This document shows, piece after piece, positions 63,059 to 64,000 of a stretch of DNA of 64,000 bases. Origin of the DNA: Chamaesiphon sp. (lineage in GTDB: Bacteria; Cyanobacteriota; Cyanobacteriia; Cyanobacteriales; Chamaesiphonaceae); NCBI GenBank assembly GCA_965246715.1, contig CBDFFH010000052.1, positions 64,001 through 128,000 of the forward strand, in the 5' to 3' direction. Both the position numbers and the translations under genes were made by a program. Below the pieces are notes generated by a model. That model did not search any database. It was not told the origin of the DNA and worked only from the letters and a program-made list of their open reading frames with translations. Each line of letters opens with the position of its first letter. Position 1 is the stretch's first letter.

Positions 63059-64000
63059 TCAAGGGCACATGATAATATCTATTTCACCAGGCTTTTTAGA
63101 TTTGTCGCCATACAATGCAGTTTGAGTATTTTTACTGAGAGGTCGAGGTATTATTTTCATATTTTTCTTAGGAAATATATCTTGTAAAACCTCAATAGTA
63201 GTTTCCTTGGTAAAAGTTCTTGCATCAGTTCTCACATATACAATTGCATCTTCCTTCATGACTTTTGAACATCCTATGAAAACTGTTTTCAATAAATCAC
63301 GGTACCCAATCTTTGATTCAAACTTACCCTTGCATTTTTCTCCAGTCCATGTGGGTCGATCTGAACCACCTAACATCCATAATCGGAGCCATTGATCGTA
63401 GTGATAATTGGTAATAGCAAAATATGGCGGTGATGTAAAAAGGAGACTAAATTTATTTATCTCACTACAATTAACTCTATTTATCAAATGATTTATCAAG
63501 GAGGTACTATCCCCTAAATACATTTCTCCATAAGACAACCTTGGTAATCCTTTCGCATATCGCCACTTTGCTCGGTTTTGTAAAAACTCTACTGGATCAA
63601 TTTCTGGAGGGTCAAGTTCATTTGTTTTCCACCAGCGAATTGAGTATTCTGGACTCATTGCTTTACTCTGACGCATCTGATTAGAAAGAGAACTATCTCT
63701 CTTTCCATGTAGACAGACAAGTATAATAGCCATAACAGTTGCATCAACTATATCATCTTCCCACTTCAACTCTCTTCGAGCGACAAGAAGGTAACGGAGT
63801 ACTTGAGACGAATAGCAAAAATGGAAAAATTCTGGTAAATTACTTAACTCTTGAGGCTGAATAGATAAACTTAACTCTCCAATATTTTTAATCCGCTCTA
63901 ATACATTAATTTCAGAAGCAGGATGCAGTTTAACAAAACCATATAGCCAGCCAACTGGATTTATTTCAAAACCATAAGCTTGTCTTTCCATTGCAACCGC
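63059..64000 (-). CDS. amino (N4-C/N6-A) DNA methyltransferase-like protein, N-terminus outside the window
   Basis: GFEINP motif near the window edge, FTSPPY catalytic motif; frame open to the edge. Confidence 0.75.
   Translation of the reverse strand, partial: AVAMERQAYGFEINPVGWLYGFVKLHPASEINVLERIKNIGELSLSIQPQELSNLPEFFHFCYSSQVLRYLLVARRELKWEDDIVDATVMAIILVCLHGKRDSSLSNQMRQSKAMSPEYSIRWWKTNELDPPEIDPVEFLQNRAKWRYAKGLPRLSYGEMYLGDSTSLINHLINRVNCSEINKFSLLFTSPPYFAITNYHYDQWLRLWMLGGSDRPTWTGEKCKGKFESKIGYRDLLKTVFIGCSKVMKEDAIVYVRTDARTFTKETTIEVLQDIFPKKNMKIIPRPLSKNTQTALYGDKSKKPGEIDIIMCP

Noticed and set aside
1..64000. CRISPR array
   Set aside because: No regularly spaced repeat-spacer series and no cas genes; repeats are heptamer tracts or dispersed hairpins

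Overview
Cyanobacterial chromosomal segment: cpcG, ndhS, mgdA-like and xisH/xisI genes, heptameric tandem repeats and very dense CGATCG (HIP1-core) palindromes. The style suggests a Chamaesiphon-like genome, which is inference only. Most of it is housekeeping: aroK, PpiC-HlyB-HlyD type I secretion, tRNA-Thr, larC, hslO, plsY, rbgA, radical SAM, dxr, cobN, modAB, pyrC-like, fabH-plsX, tRNA-Leu(UAA), glycogen debranching enzyme and an S/T kinase. Accessory patches are a 1441-aa RTX/deacetylase protein followed by IS debris (24-30 kb), an AT-rich cassette hotspot around the radical SAM gene (33-41 kb) and two DNA methyltransferases at the right edge. Three unannotated structures stand out. (i) A family of about 48-50-nt hairpin elements (TGTCTTG...CCGC), at least three of them nested inside other REP-like repeats and two translated in frame inside cobN. 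(ii) Small TA-like cassettes bracketed by diverged direct repeats, one of which is a copy of the first 27 codons of the radical SAM gene. (iii) Several MITEs with perfect TIRs and 4- or 10-bp target duplications. No CRISPR array or rRNA was seen. All calls come from reading motifs by eye; no searches were run.
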